Of a stretch of DNA of 64,000 bases, positions 17,417 through 27,046 are shown piece by piece. The notes beneath the pieces were generated by a model. The model saw nothing but the letters and a program-made list of their open reading frames with translations. It searched no databases and was not told where the DNA came from. The DNA comes from a virus (Duplodnaviria > Caudoviricetes), in IMG/VR virus record IMGVR_UViG_2821731843_000002; one strand, 5' to 3'. The translations under genes were made by a program, and so were the position numbers. Position 1 is the stretch's first letter; each line of letters opens with the position of its first letter.

Positions 17417-18379
17417 TTACTCCTTTGACTTCGCGTCGGCGAATTCAGCTTCGGTGAAGCCAAGGACGCGGCAGGCTGCTTGCTCCTCGGCAGACAGGGC
17501 GGTGCCACCTTTGGTGGGGTCCTTGGTGTCTAGGTCAGACTTGCCCGCAATCACCGGGCTGGCGTCGACAAAGGCTGCAAAGGAAGCAAGACCACCCTCG
17601 GCGCGACAGGATGCCGTGTGGTAGTCGCGACTACCTGGTGCGATCTTGCCCGCCTCAACAGCGGCGTCGACGGCGGCGGTGATCGCCGCGTCTTTACGGG
17701 TCTGTTCGTCGCCCTCAAAGCCGCGAATACGGTTCATCGCCAGATCATAGTCGGCCTTGGGCACGAAACTTGAGCTGTCAGGGTGTTCGGCGCGGTTGCG
17801 GGCCGTAGCCTCATCCGACTTGAGCTTGTTGATTGCGGTCAACACATCAGTGTCAGACGCGCCATCCTTCAAACCCAGCGCCTCTAGGGCGGTTTTATCC
17901 ATGGGGTGATCCTCCTGTTCGCCTGCTCGATTGAGGGCGGTAAGTTGAAAGTTTGGTTGATTGGTCAGGCCAACAGAGACCATTTTGGAAATCTCGCGTG
18001 TCTGGCGGCCGTAGTTGAACACCGGGCTGGCATAGCGATAGGCGCGGGACGCCACGGCCTCCCGGCCTGCGTCCAGCCAGTCGATCTTGCCCCAGAGGGC
18101 GCTGTTGCGGGCTTCCATGTCCGTCAGCCAGCCAACTGCAGGGGCAGGTTCGCCCTTGGCCCCTTTTTCCTGGGTGGAATGCTCAAAGTCGACGGGCAGG
18201 TCGCCGCCGTTGTTTCGAAACGCGGTGACCACGGCTTGTGGGTCGCTCAGTTTCCACTGGCGACCGTCCCGGCTATCGAGATCCGGACCCGCCGGAGTGA
18301 GCTGGACCCACTCGGGGGCAGCACCGCCTTCGGTATTCAGCGCAAGCGCGATGGATTGGATGGAATTGGTCAATGTCAT
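17417..18379 (-). CDS. Capsid maturation protease/scaffold, Mu gpI family
   Basis: PEWVQLTPAG, LPVDFEH, PAVGW, YRYASPVF, LTNQPN. ATG at 18379. Confidence 0.92.
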   Translation of the reverse strand: MTLTNSIQSIALALNTEGGAAPEWVQLTPAGPDLDSRDGRQWKLSDPQAVVTAFRNNGGDLPVDFEHSTQEKGAKGEPAPAVGWLTDMEARNSALWGKIDWLDAGREAVASRAYRYASPVFNYGRQTREISKMVSVGLTNQPNFQLTALNRAGEQEDHPMDKTALEALGLKDGASDTDVLTAINKLKSDEATARNRAEHPDSSSFVPKADYDLAMNRIRGFEGDEQTRKDAAITAAVDAAVEAGKIAPGSRDYHTASCRAEGGLASFAAFVDASPVIAGKSDLDTKDPTKGGTALSAEEQAACRVLGFTEAEFADAKSKE

Positions 18380-18411
18380 GGGGCGACAATGCCCCGCCAA
18401 ATGCGGGCTTA

Positions 18412-18431
18412 CTTCCCTGACAACTGTCGGG
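18412..18431. promoter_or_regulatory. Candidate late-activator box upstream of the P1 protease gene
   Basis: The 20-mer CTTCCCTGACAACTGTCGGG recurs exactly at 26629-26648, upstream of the lysis operon. Confidence 0.7.
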
Positions 18432-18685
18432 AGCAATTCTGCAGGGCGGGGCAGAGAAAAGAGCAGCGCGATTTAAGGGCCGCTGAGTGCAATTTTCGCC
18501 TAAACGCTACAACCACCCGGAAAATATCGCAAGCGCCACACAGACCCGTTTAAGTGGTGTTTAAATTTGATCCTGGTTGCCAGCTGTGGGGGCGATTTGT
18601 CTACATCAGTGAGATTGGAGGATAAATCGTATGAAAACCAGTTTCAGTGGGTTAAATGTTGTCGTCAATACAAATGCAAAACCGC

Positions 18686-19588
18686 TTAACCTCTTGGTAT
18701 GTTCTTTTTGCTTTTTTTTGATCGGATTTGTGTCGAAAGGCTCACCCATTTTTTTGTTGGAGGTTTCCATCTACGGTTTCTCAACCAAACATATGCTGCC
18801 CAACAAATCGGGATGGCCCCTATTAGGAACGCCCATATAGGTTTCATCTCGCTTGCAATGCCCTTGATCCATTGCCAATCGGTGATGTTAACCTGAATTT
18901 CGTCTTCAAAAGTCTTCAGGGTAAAAGGTGCTCCGTCATCAACGTGTATAAAAACTGTGAGTAAGAGTATTTCAGCGCCATTCGTTTTGGTCCCCGTGAC
19001 CGTCCATTGCCAGACGGTCGGTGAGAGATCAGAAATACGCTGTCGAGCCTCCCCTAATGGTTTGACTGTAAGCCCTGCGGTTCCTTTCAAAACAACTGAC
19101 ATTTCTGGCGTGACTTTTGCAAATCCAGTTATTGACTCTCCCGACAAAGCAGGGGGGAGAACCGGAGCAGCCTCAGATGCCAAGTTTAGCTTTAGTACGA
19201 CGGTCTCGGGGGCGCCGCGCCACAATTTGGTAATCCTATTGTAGATGAACTGACCATCGGTCAGGCTGGGCAAAACCCTTTTTAAGTTGACCACATCCAG
19301 ACATGCAGCTTCAAACTGAGGCCAGGATTTGTTGTGATCGCAAGGCGCATACCGCAAAGCTTTTCGCGCAGCTTGGCTTGGTAGATCGAACACGTTAGGC
19401 GAGTTGTGACCCAGAGTACCAGTTGATCCCATAGCACCTCCAAATCCACCAGGTGACTTGAACGCCCCATGTAGGGAAACAAAAGTTGATGCAAGCCCGA
19501 AACCAATAAAAAAGACTGCAAAGAAAACAAGAATCCTGTTGATGTTCCGCCTCATGCCGCATTTCCTATCAGGAATAATACTTCTCAA
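18686..19588 (-). CDS. Accessory envelope protein with N- and C-terminal hydrophobic anchors
   Basis: 300 aa, AT-richer. N-terminal signal/TM segment, beta-rich middle, C-terminal TM plus a Lys/Arg tail. Confidence 0.7.
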   Translation of the reverse strand: MRSIIPDRKCGMRRNINRILVFFAVFFIGFGLASTFVSLHGAFKSPGGFGGAMGSTGTLGHNSPNVFDLPSQAARKALRYAPCDHNKSWPQFEAACLDVVNLKRVLPSLTDGQFIYNRITKLWRGAPETVVLKLNLASEAAPVLPPALSGESITGFAKVTPEMSVVLKGTAGLTVKPLGEARQRISDLSPTVWQWTVTGTKTNGAEILLLTVFIHVDDGAPFTLKTFEDEIQVNITDWQWIKGIASEMKPIWAFLIGAIPICWAAYVWLRNRRWKPPTKKWVSLSTQIRSKKSKKNIPRG

Positions 19589-19783
19589 TTATTTTGATCT
19601 GGCCAGGATTTTCTTTCCTTAAGCTACCTATGATAGCATAATTTACCTCACAGGGGTCAAATTGCTGGGTGAATATTTCCGCTCATTTCGGTGTAATCCA
19701 TAATGATTTTTAGACGTGTACTTGATCGGTCTGGGATTGCATTCACCATTTTTGGGAGAGCTAGTTAGAGGATCTTGACCTTA

Positions 19784-20905
19784 CTAGAGCATTAACAAAA
19801 GCTGTATATCGCCTCCCGAATGACGCTTTGTCACCACCCAACGCGGGCTGTTTGGCTTGTCCCTAACAACCCACCCGTCATCATCAATTCGCCCGTCACC
19901 GGCCTTAACCGCCAATTCTTCAATAACGCTGACGGTCGGCTCAATCCCAGCAGCCCGTGCACTGGCCATCGTCTCCTCAGAAATTGACACCACCCGCGAC
20001 CGTGACCCCAAGCGCGTGGCAACCTCGCGTGGCAGCATCGCCACAGGCACAGACCCACTAGCGCTGCCCTCATGAATACGGCGCACACGCCAGGACGACG
20101 CCATGTCCCGAGCAGCGGCATGGGCAATGGCCGGATCGGCGCTGCCGAGCTTGCCCCGCAGGAATTGCTCCATTTGGCGTTGTCGATATTGGCCGGGGTT
20201 GCTCTCCCAACCTGGATCAATGCCCGAGGGGATGGATTTAATCTCGCCGGTGCGTTTGTTGAACACCTCGCGCATCGGGATCTCGGGGCTGTCGGCGATG
20301 CCAATTTCATCGGCTTCGCGCCGGGTGATCTGGCGCACGTGACATTTGCAGCCCCAGCCGTTGGGCGGATACCAGGTTTGCCAAAACGGATCGTCAACCG
20401 GTAACACCAACCCGTTCTTGGCCTCATGGCTGGGGCGGTGGCGTTGGCTTGGACCCAGCAGATAGACCAGATAGGGCAGGGCGCGTTTGCTGCGTTGGAT
20501 GCGATCCCATTGGCCGGCGGCACGGGCCGAGCGCATATTGGCCCGGTAAATGGTTTTTAGTCGACGCGGTGAGCCCAGGCGCACATTGCGCACCTCGCCG
20601 GTGACAGGGTCGACCTGGTCTTTGACGCCCCACCACCCCATGCTGCGCAGACGCGGCTCCAGTTCCTTCTGGAACTGCTCATAGGGAATGCCCTGGTCCA
20701 GAGCTTTTTGCAGTTCGTCACGAATGGACTGCAGAACGTCAACTTGCATGGCCTTGGCGACAGTAAAGCTGACGGCGTGTTCTTCTGGTTCGACATCCTG
20801 CCAGTTGAACGAGGGTTTCAGGCTTTTGTTGCGCAAAAACGCCGAGGCCTCGGGTGGTGGACCGGGGTTAAAGCTGTAGCCCGGCTTGTCGGTCAGCTCA
20901 GTCAT
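19784..20905 (-). CDS. Minor head protein, Mu gpF family, with C-terminal extension
   Basis: FTVAK, RLKTIYRAN, YPPNGWGCKC. About 100 extra C-terminal residues. Confidence 0.92.
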   Translation of the reverse strand: MTELTDKPGYSFNPGPPPEASAFLRNKSLKPSFNWQDVEPEEHAVSFTVAKAMQVDVLQSIRDELQKALDQGIPYEQFQKELEPRLRSMGWWGVKDQVDPVTGEVRNVRLGSPRRLKTIYRANMRSARAAGQWDRIQRSKRALPYLVYLLGPSQRHRPSHEAKNGLVLPVDDPFWQTWYPPNGWGCKCHVRQITRREADEIGIADSPEIPMREVFNKRTGEIKSIPSGIDPGWESNPGQYRQRQMEQFLRGKLGSADPAIAHAAARDMASSWRVRRIHEGSASGSVPVAMLPREVATRLGSRSRVVSISEETMASARAAGIEPTVSVIEELAVKAGDGRIDDDGWVVRDKPNSPRWVVTKRHSGGDIQLLLML

Positions 20906-22439
20906 TGCCACTGTCGCCCAGGGCGCGGGCCTTAAAGGCGGATTTAACCAGGGTATCAATCAACGGGCGCGTATCCATTTGGGGGAAAGTATCAGCCAGG
21001 GCGGCAAGGGCCTCGTCATAGGTGGTGGTTGTTTCCAAAACCTCCATCACCGGCGCAAGGATGGGCGAAACAACTTCGACCCAGTCTTCGGCCAGCTCGC
21101 CTTCCAACGCGTCCAGAGCAACATAAGGATCTGGCGGGGTATCTTGGGCCCGGTTCTTAGCGGTGGCCTCACTCTCGCTGGTCTCTGGTTTGGCCGTTCC
21201 AAGAACTTCGTCGTCGCCGTCCGGTTCCGAATAGCCCAGTTTGGCCCGCACCTCGGATTGCTTCACTTTCATGCCCCGGTCCACCAGTTCAGCCGTATGG
21301 CGCAGAGTCAGGTCCAGATCCTCGGCTTCTTCAATGATGATATCCAGCTTTGGATATCGCAGTTGCACCCCGTAGTGCAGATCCACGTAAGGCTTGACCA
21401 GGTCGCGCTTCAAAGTACCCGTGACGGATCGTGCATCCGCCTTGGCCACATCATGGCGCACCTCGTTGTGAACCTCGGCCTGGGCCTGAGACGAGCCATT
21501 GTCCGAGGTCATGGTTTGCCCCAGAACGGCCTTCGATGTTTGCTCGTCCACCCAACGTGCCAGGCTTTCAAAGACCTGGGAATTGGCCGCGCCGGTCATC
21601 GCCTGGACGAATTCTATCTTCATACCTTCGGGAATAACCGCCGCCGCGTCAGTACCGATATTGGCCACGGCGTTGAACAACACGTCCACGTCTTCAGCGG
21701 TAGCGCTCGGCCCATAGCGCCCCAAGCGCAGGGGCAAGCCGTAGGTCTCGATAAAGGCGATCCAGTCTTTGACGGTGTAGTTTTTGCACATCCAGCCGAA
21801 GGAGACCAAACGCGCCAACCCACCTCGGATCGGCAGGCCAGATTTCAGCTTGGCCCGATGGGAAATCCACTTGAACGGGTCCAGTTCAACACCGTCAACC
21901 AGATTGGCCTCATCCACCATGCGCACCTGGCGGCCGGTCTCGCGATCAAATGTGAAAAAGCGCGGGTCATGATGCAGGAATTCTTCAACATGCCACACCC
22001 GTTTGTTGCGCTGCCAGACGATTTCGACCTGAGAGAAGCCTTTGCCCAGGGCGTCCAGCATATTCTCAATCAGATCTGAAAACCCCTCGTGCTCGGATAT
22101 GTTTTCGCGCACGTCGTCGGCGATCTTTTTATCCAGCGCACTGTCAGAGGCCGGGGTAACAATTGGGTCGACACCTGAAATGGCCCGCTTTCGAATGCCC
22201 AGCACCGAGGCATAATGGGGGTCGCGCTCTTCCATTTCCTCGGCCAGGACCAGGTAGTCGTAAAGGTTGCCCTCATTTGCAGCCAACAAGATGCTGGATA
22301 GGCGCGATGGGGTAAGGCCCGACGCCACGGTTGGGGCCCAGGCATTGCGAATGGTGGTCAGGCCCGGTTCTGGAATTCTCTGTGTGAGCTGTTGGGCTTT
22401 TACCGGGCGTCCGTATGCGTCGAGCCATTGATGGGCCAT
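20898..22439 (-). CDS. Portal protein (DUF935 / Mu gp29)
   Basis: EEMEERDPH, FIETYGLPLRLGRY, SKAVLGQT, VHNEVR. Confidence 0.95.
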   Translation of the reverse strand: MAHQWLDAYGRPVKAQQLTQRIPEPGLTTIRNAWAPTVASGLTPSRLSSILLAANEGNLYDYLVLAEEMEERDPHYASVLGIRKRAISGVDPIVTPASDSALDKKIADDVRENISEHEGFSDLIENMLDALGKGFSQVEIVWQRNKRVWHVEEFLHHDPRFFTFDRETGRQVRMVDEANLVDGVELDPFKWISHRAKLKSGLPIRGGLARLVSFGWMCKNYTVKDWIAFIETYGLPLRLGRYGPSATAEDVDVLFNAVANIGTDAAAVIPEGMKIEFVQAMTGAANSQVFESLARWVDEQTSKAVLGQTMTSDNGSSQAQAEVHNEVRHDVAKADARSVTGTLKRDLVKPYVDLHYGVQLRYPKLDIIIEEAEDLDLTLRHTAELVDRGMKVKQSEVRAKLGYSEPDGDDEVLGTAKPETSESEATAKNRAQDTPPDPYVALDALEGELAEDWVEVVSPILAPVMEVLETTTTYDEALAALADTFPQMDTRPLIDTLVKSAFKARALGDSGND

Positions 22440-23881
22440 TACCAAATTCCTTTTTGGGCGCGAAAGCCTGCGGTCAGTTTAAGCGGGCGTTGGGTATCTT
22501 TGCCGCCACCTGGGGGCACCGGGCGGTAGACGAAGGGTTGGTATTCGGTTTCGGCTCCAGCGCAGGCCAGGGCCGCTGCCCAAAAGCGGTCAGCGTGGCC
22601 GTCGGTGTCTGTGTCGGCGACCAGGCGGCGCACACCGGTAGGGCCGGTCACGGATTTGATGGAATGCAGATCCGCGCGTAACTTGGGGTCGCCTTCGGGG
22701 ATCAGCATGGATCGATCCTGGAAACGCTCTTTCATGCCGGTGGCCATGTCGAGCTTGGCAGGGGCAGTAAAGATCACCCCTTCAACCCGATCCTCGCCGT
22801 GCGCCGTCTTGGCATCTTCCACCGGCTTTTCGCCCATGCCGGTTTGGTCGATGCAACAGCGGGCAACACGGTAGCGGCGGAACACATCCGCCAGTAGCGC
22901 GTCCTGGCGGGCAAATTTGATGCGCTTCTCGGCAATGATTTCTCGGGTGATCAATTGGCCGTCGACCAGTTCCATGACCCAGATCACAAACAAGTCGTTG
23001 CGGGCGGCAATATCAACGCCGACATAACAGATGCCGCCACGATAGAGGGCAGGGTGACCGGCGCGCACATCCTCGCAGGAGGAAATCAGATCGTAATCCA
23101 GCCAGCTTGAGGCGGCGTCCAGCCACTTCAGCTCAAACTCTTGCGACCAGGCGTCCTCGTCGGACATACCGGCGCGCAGCTCATCGATGTCGACGTCCAG
23201 ACCCTGTTTGACGGCCTCGTAAATATCGACGTGATGCTTGGAGAAGTTGTTGTCCACGGTGGTCATCAGATCGTGGAACTTGTTGCCCTTGCCGTTGGGG
23301 GTGCTGATGACGCGAATTTTGTGACCGCCCCGCGCTGCAACCGGAAAGGCAGAGCCCCAGATCCGGCGGCTGTCCGCATGGAAGGCGAACTCGTCAAACA
23401 GCATATTGCCACCAAATCCACGCGCCGCATCTGGCGAGGCGGAAATAGCCGTAATGCGAGACCCGCCAGGATAGCGCACCTCCTGGGCTTTATACTTGGC
23501 CTCTTCTACATCGATCAGATGGGTGTCGCCGTTCTGGATGACTTCGCGTTTATGGGCTGGGACAATGAAGTCTTCCTCGGAAAACTCAGGCCGCCCCTTG
23601 CGCGCTAATGTTGAGTAGGCCGCATAAAAGCCCTCGGTCATTGGCTTTACAGCGTCTTCAATGGCCTCCTTAGCGGTGGCCTCGGATCGTGACAGAATGG
23701 TCCAGCGGGTTTTGTGGCCGTCAATTTCTGCGTTAATGCAGTCGTCAACGATTTCCCCGCCCGAGCCGAATGTCTTGCCACCGCGTCGGGTAAACATACC
23801 GATCTTGAAACGCGATTTGTCAGCAATCCATGCCTTTTGATACGGCAGGAACGTGATGACTGGCTCAAAGCTAACCGGCAT
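22439..23881 (-). CDS. Terminase large subunit (Mu gp28-like)
   Basis: FLPYQKAW, TRRGGKT (Walker A variant), FDEFAFH, VISTPNG, GVDIA, CIDQTGMG, HADRFWA. Confidence 0.95.
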   Translation of the reverse strand: MPVSFEPVITFLPYQKAWIADKSRFKIGMFTRRGGKTFGSGGEIVDDCINAEIDGHKTRWTILSRSEATAKEAIEDAVKPMTEGFYAAYSTLARKGRPEFSEEDFIVPAHKREVIQNGDTHLIDVEEAKYKAQEVRYPGGSRITAISASPDAARGFGGNMLFDEFAFHADSRRIWGSAFPVAARGGHKIRVISTPNGKGNKFHDLMTTVDNNFSKHHVDIYEAVKQGLDVDIDELRAGMSDEDAWSQEFELKWLDAASSWLDYDLISSCEDVRAGHPALYRGGICYVGVDIAARNDLFVIWVMELVDGQLITREIIAEKRIKFARQDALLADVFRRYRVARCCIDQTGMGEKPVEDAKTAHGEDRVEGVIFTAPAKLDMATGMKERFQDRSMLIPEGDPKLRADLHSIKSVTGPTGVRRLVADTDTDGHADRFWAAALACAGAETEYQPFVYRPVPPGGGKDTQRPLKLTAGFRAQKGIW

Positions 23882-24206
23882 AGCCGTCTTCTCTCGCCTC
23901 TGCCCAGGCGCTCATACAACGCGCGGCAAGGCTGTCTTGCGCTGGGTCATTGCCCAACAGGTCCGGGGCAAAGTCATGAGGGCCTAAGCGCCAGAGGTGA
24001 CGACAATTGAGCGAATTCACCACATCCTTTTCTGCAGGGTAGACCTCAATTGCGCGGGCCTCAGCCCCCCAGGTGGCGTTTTTGATGTCCTGCAATTGGT
24101 CCCAGGTGATCTTGCCATCATGGATGACCCATAGGTGGCCGATGCCAGTGTCGACGTGGACCTCATAACCATGGGCCTTTGATGTGCGAATGTCGGGTTC
24201 AGCCAT
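23871..24206 (-). CDS. Hypothetical phage protein
   Basis: 111 aa with TWDQLQDIK and AIEVYP...HLW. Overlaps its operon neighbours. Confidence 0.65.
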   Translation of the reverse strand: MAEPDIRTSKAHGYEVHVDTGIGHLWVIHDGKITWDQLQDIKNATWGAEARAIEVYPAEKDVVNSLNCRHLWRLGPHDFAPDLLGNDPAQDSLAARCMSAWAEAREDGYAG

Positions 24207-24769
24207 CAGGCAAACCCCATGATTTCTCGGGCCTTCTGGGCGGCCTCTTTTTCCACATCGCCGGCTTCGACCGCATCGTCCAGTTTGCTGGCCATCGCGG
24301 CGCGTTCCGCTTCTACGATCCGTTCCCGTTCGGCTTCCATGATTTGTTCGCGAATGCCGGAACTGGCCATGACGTCCTTCAACATCTTGCCGAGGAAGTG
24401 CAACTCGCGCGGATCGATGTCTTTGCCGTCCATGGCCATCTGGCTTTGCATGACCTTGAAGGCCAGAGTAGTGATCATCTGAAACAGAACGTTGTGACGT
24501 TGCGCTTCTTCTTCCAACCCGTTGTCATTCATCCAGCCTGCAGCCCAGGCGCTGGCCTCATCCTGGTATTTGACGAATTCGGCGTATTCGGTTCCATAGG
24601 CATGAATGGCGGATTTCTTGATCCGCAATTCAACGCCTTCTTCTTCCAGACGAAAATTCAGATCTTCGGCCAGATCCTCATAACCGGAAAAGCCGCGCTC
24701 TTTCAGCGCGTCCTGTAGCCACTTCTTTAGCTCTGCTGGTAGCAAATCGACCTTGCGAGGTGGGGGCAT
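24206..24769 (-). CDS. Terminase small subunit-like (DUF3486 / Mu gp27)
   Basis: MPPPRKVDLLP..., KSAIHAYG. Upstream of TerL. Confidence 0.85.
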   Translation of the reverse strand: MPPPRKVDLLPAELKKWLQDALKERGFSGYEDLAEDLNFRLEEEGVELRIKKSAIHAYGTEYAEFVKYQDEASAWAAGWMNDNGLEEEAQRHNVLFQMITTLAFKVMQSQMAMDGKDIDPRELHFLGKMLKDVMASSGIREQIMEAERERIVEAERAAMASKLDDAVEAGDVEKEAAQKAREIMGFA

Positions 24770-24771
24770 CG

Positions 24772-25071
24772 TTATTGACCGCCATCGGGCAAGCGCACCC
24801 CTTCATCAACGATTTCGTTGCGGGCCAGGCGTTTTCCACGTTTGGTAATCTCGGCAATGATCACGTCGCCGTCACCGCCGGTCTGAACGAGGCCCTTTTC
24901 TTCCAGCCAACTCACTGCAGCGATGATTTCATTGTAATAGGATGGAATGCCGCAACCTTTGGCCACGGCCAGCAGAATATCTGCATTCGCGGGCTGACCG
25001 TTGACCTGGTGTAGGTAGCCGACAATAGCGCCTCTTCGGGCGATTTTCTGCTCTTCTTGATAACTGTTCAT
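24772..25071 (-). CDS. Mu gp26-like winged-helix protein
   Basis: WLEEKGLV...AEITKRG. Position between gp25 and gp27. Confidence 0.75.
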   Translation of the reverse strand: MNSYQEEQKIARRGAIVGYLHQVNGQPANADILLAVAKGCGIPSYYNEIIAAVSWLEEKGLVQTGGDGDVIIAEITKRGKRLARNEIVDEGVRLPDGGQ

Positions 25072-25409
25072 TTGAGGTCTCTCAGAAATTTCTCATGAGC
25101 GCCGACTGTGCGTTCAACACGGTCCTGGCTGGCGGAGAGGCTTTCCATTTGGGTGAGGATTGCTTTCACGTTGCCGTTCATCCGCTCAATGCCGATGTTC
25201 AGATCGTGAAATTCGTTCTTGGAGGGCAGTGTCCTAACTTCCTGCTCGAGTTTCTGAATTTTCAGATCGTGCTCGTCCATGCGCTTGGAGCCAGTGTGAA
25301 ACCGCTTGTCCACGTCTTTGCGGCGGGTGGCGAACCATGTGTAAATTATGGCCGCAACAGCCATTGCCAAATTTGTGAACTTAATACTCGTATCTAGATC
25401 CAAGTTCAC
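25068..25409 (-). CDS. Mu gp25-like protein (DUF2730)
   Basis: N-terminal TM segment, coiled coil and the LPSKNEFHDL motif. Lysis operon. Confidence 0.75.
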   Translation of the reverse strand: MNLDLDTSIKFTNLAMAVAAIIYTWFATRRKDVDKRFHTGSKRMDEHDLKIQKLEQEVRTLPSKNEFHDLNIGIERMNGNVKAILTQMESLSASQDRVERTVGAHEKFLRDLK

Positions 25410-25969
25410 TTGCCTCCCTCACGCCAGGCGCGGACGGCCTCGTTGTCTGACGGCTCAATAGCGGCTTCGGACAATCCAGCGTCGGTGCCGGTCTCGGCAG
25501 CGCCTGGGCTGTCATGCCGAAGGGCACGGATTTGGCTGATGCTTTCCAGAACCTGCGGCAATCGCGCCGTGCTTTGCGTGATAGCCTGGCTGAACTCTTG
25601 CGATTTCATTTGGAAGCGTCCGCCAAAATAGAAAGCGACAATGGTTCCGGCCAACCACCACAGCGGATCTGGCACCAAAACCAGCCCCTGCATCCGTTCG
25701 GCAAACCAAAGCGGATCGTACATGGCCGAGGCAAACAGCGAAAAAATGGCAATCACAATCAACGGGCGGGGCAGGCGGTTTAATCCGTCCATAAAGCGGT
25801 CAAAGCGCCCCTTGCGTTCCACCTGAAACTCAGCCCCGAACTGACCCAAGGCCGACTGGGCATAATCGGCGCGGCGCTGTGCACCTGCTTCGGTGTTTTC
25901 CATGAACACCTCGGCGGTCTCGGCAACCACATTACGGCCACCACCAAAAATCAATTTCAGCAGGTTCAT
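25406..25969 (-). CDS. Holin (3-TM / GTA-associated holin type)
   Basis: DGLNRLPRP, LVPDPLWWL, FYFGGR. Follows the endolysin. Confidence 0.85.
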   Translation of the reverse strand: MNLLKLIFGGGRNVVAETAEVFMENTEAGAQRRADYAQSALGQFGAEFQVERKGRFDRFMDGLNRLPRPLIVIAIFSLFASAMYDPLWFAERMQGLVLVPDPLWWLAGTIVAFYFGGRFQMKSQEFSQAITQSTARLPQVLESISQIRALRHDSPGAAETGTDAGLSEAAIEPSDNEAVRAWREGGK

Positions 25970-26577
25970 GACCAGCCCCCCACGCGCTTGGAAAATTCTT
26001 GATCTGTCATGTGGAACTCAGGGCTGATGAACTCCTCGGCCCGCTTGATCCAGCCGCCTTTGCCACCAGCCCGGGTGCGGGCGTATTTGCGCGACTTGGC
26101 GCGCCGGTCAGCAAGGCGAAAATAGTAATTGCGACGGGCGATGCCGTAGGCGTCTACGAAATATGCGCCAGCCTTTTTGAAGGCCCGGTGGACGGCGGCG
26201 GCGGACTGGGGCCCCAAGGCCCCGTCAACAGTCACCGGTTCCTGAAAATCCCGAAGCAGCCGCTGCAGGATCTTCACCGCGTTACCGCCTGCGTTCACAT
26301 ACATGTCGAACATCGAGGGCTGCAGCTCAACAGGCAGCAGATTTATACGCGGTCTCTCGAAATAGTGCTTGATGAAAATATCAACGGCTTGGGGCCGGGT
26401 CAGCAAACGCACGTCCGCCGCGTCCACATCGCCATCGCGGTCCAGGTCCAGCCCCAAACGGCGCATGGTGTGGATGGTCACGCCGTAATTGGTGGCCCCG
26501 CCAGGATCGTCGGCGTCGTTCACATAGCCGCCCTCGCGCGCGACAATATCTTTGGCAATATTCTGAACTGAGTGCAT
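25966..26577 (-). CDS. Endolysin, glycoside hydrolase 108 with peptidoglycan-binding domain
   Basis: EGGYVNDADDPGGATNYGVT and VDGALGPQS. Confidence 0.92.
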   Translation of the reverse strand: MHSVQNIAKDIVAREGGYVNDADDPGGATNYGVTIHTMRRLGLDLDRDGDVDAADVRLLTRPQAVDIFIKHYFERPRINLLPVELQPSMFDMYVNAGGNAVKILQRLLRDFQEPVTVDGALGPQSAAAVHRAFKKAGAYFVDAYGIARRNYYFRLADRRAKSRKYARTRAGGKGGWIKRAEEFISPEFHMTDQEFSKRVGGWS

Positions 26578-26628
26578 TCCTACGCTCCATCTGTTTGGAG
26601 CGAAACTAGGCCGGTTTAAGGGCTAAGC

Positions 26629-26648
26629 CTTCCCTGACAACTGTCGGG
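26629..26648. promoter_or_regulatory. Candidate late-activator box upstream of the lysis operon
   Basis: Exact copy of 18412-18431, next to the Mor/C-like gene. Confidence 0.7.
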
Positions 26649-26659
26649 GGTAATTGGTA

Positions 26660-27046
26660 TTAAAGGAAAAAGTCTTGCTGTCGGCCACCCGACAGCAGTG
26701 CCGCTACTCGTTCCACAGTTCTCACGTGGACGTCAACCTCGGCGGCAATTTCGGCATGGCTCATGCCCTGGTCGAGCAACGCGGCGATACGTTGGCGACG
26801 TCCTGTTTCACCGCCATAATTACCGGTTGGGATGATTACGTTTCCGCTGCCCAAAAGCTTGATAATCGCAGCGGCGTTTTCCTCACCAACTATTTTTGCC
26901 AATGCGCCGTTGGGGGTTGGCGTCTTTGGAATATAGATTTGCCGACCGCCACGCGCCATGGCCAGTTTGATTGCGGCGTCCTGGTTGACCTCTTCAGTGA
27001 TTAAGGCCAAGACGCCGGGCAAATAGGGTTTGAACGTGCGGTTCAA
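26660..27046 (-). CDS. Mor/C-like late transcription activator
   Basis: RGGRQIYIP and C-terminal HTH (GMSHAEIAAEVDVHVRTVER). Last gene before the lysis operon. Confidence 0.8.
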   Translation of the reverse strand: MNRTFKPYLPGVLALITEEVNQDAAIKLAMARGGRQIYIPKTPTPNGALAKIVGEENAAAIIKLLGSGNVIIPTGNYGGETGRRQRIAALLDQGMSHAEIAAEVDVHVRTVERVAALLSGGRQQDFFL

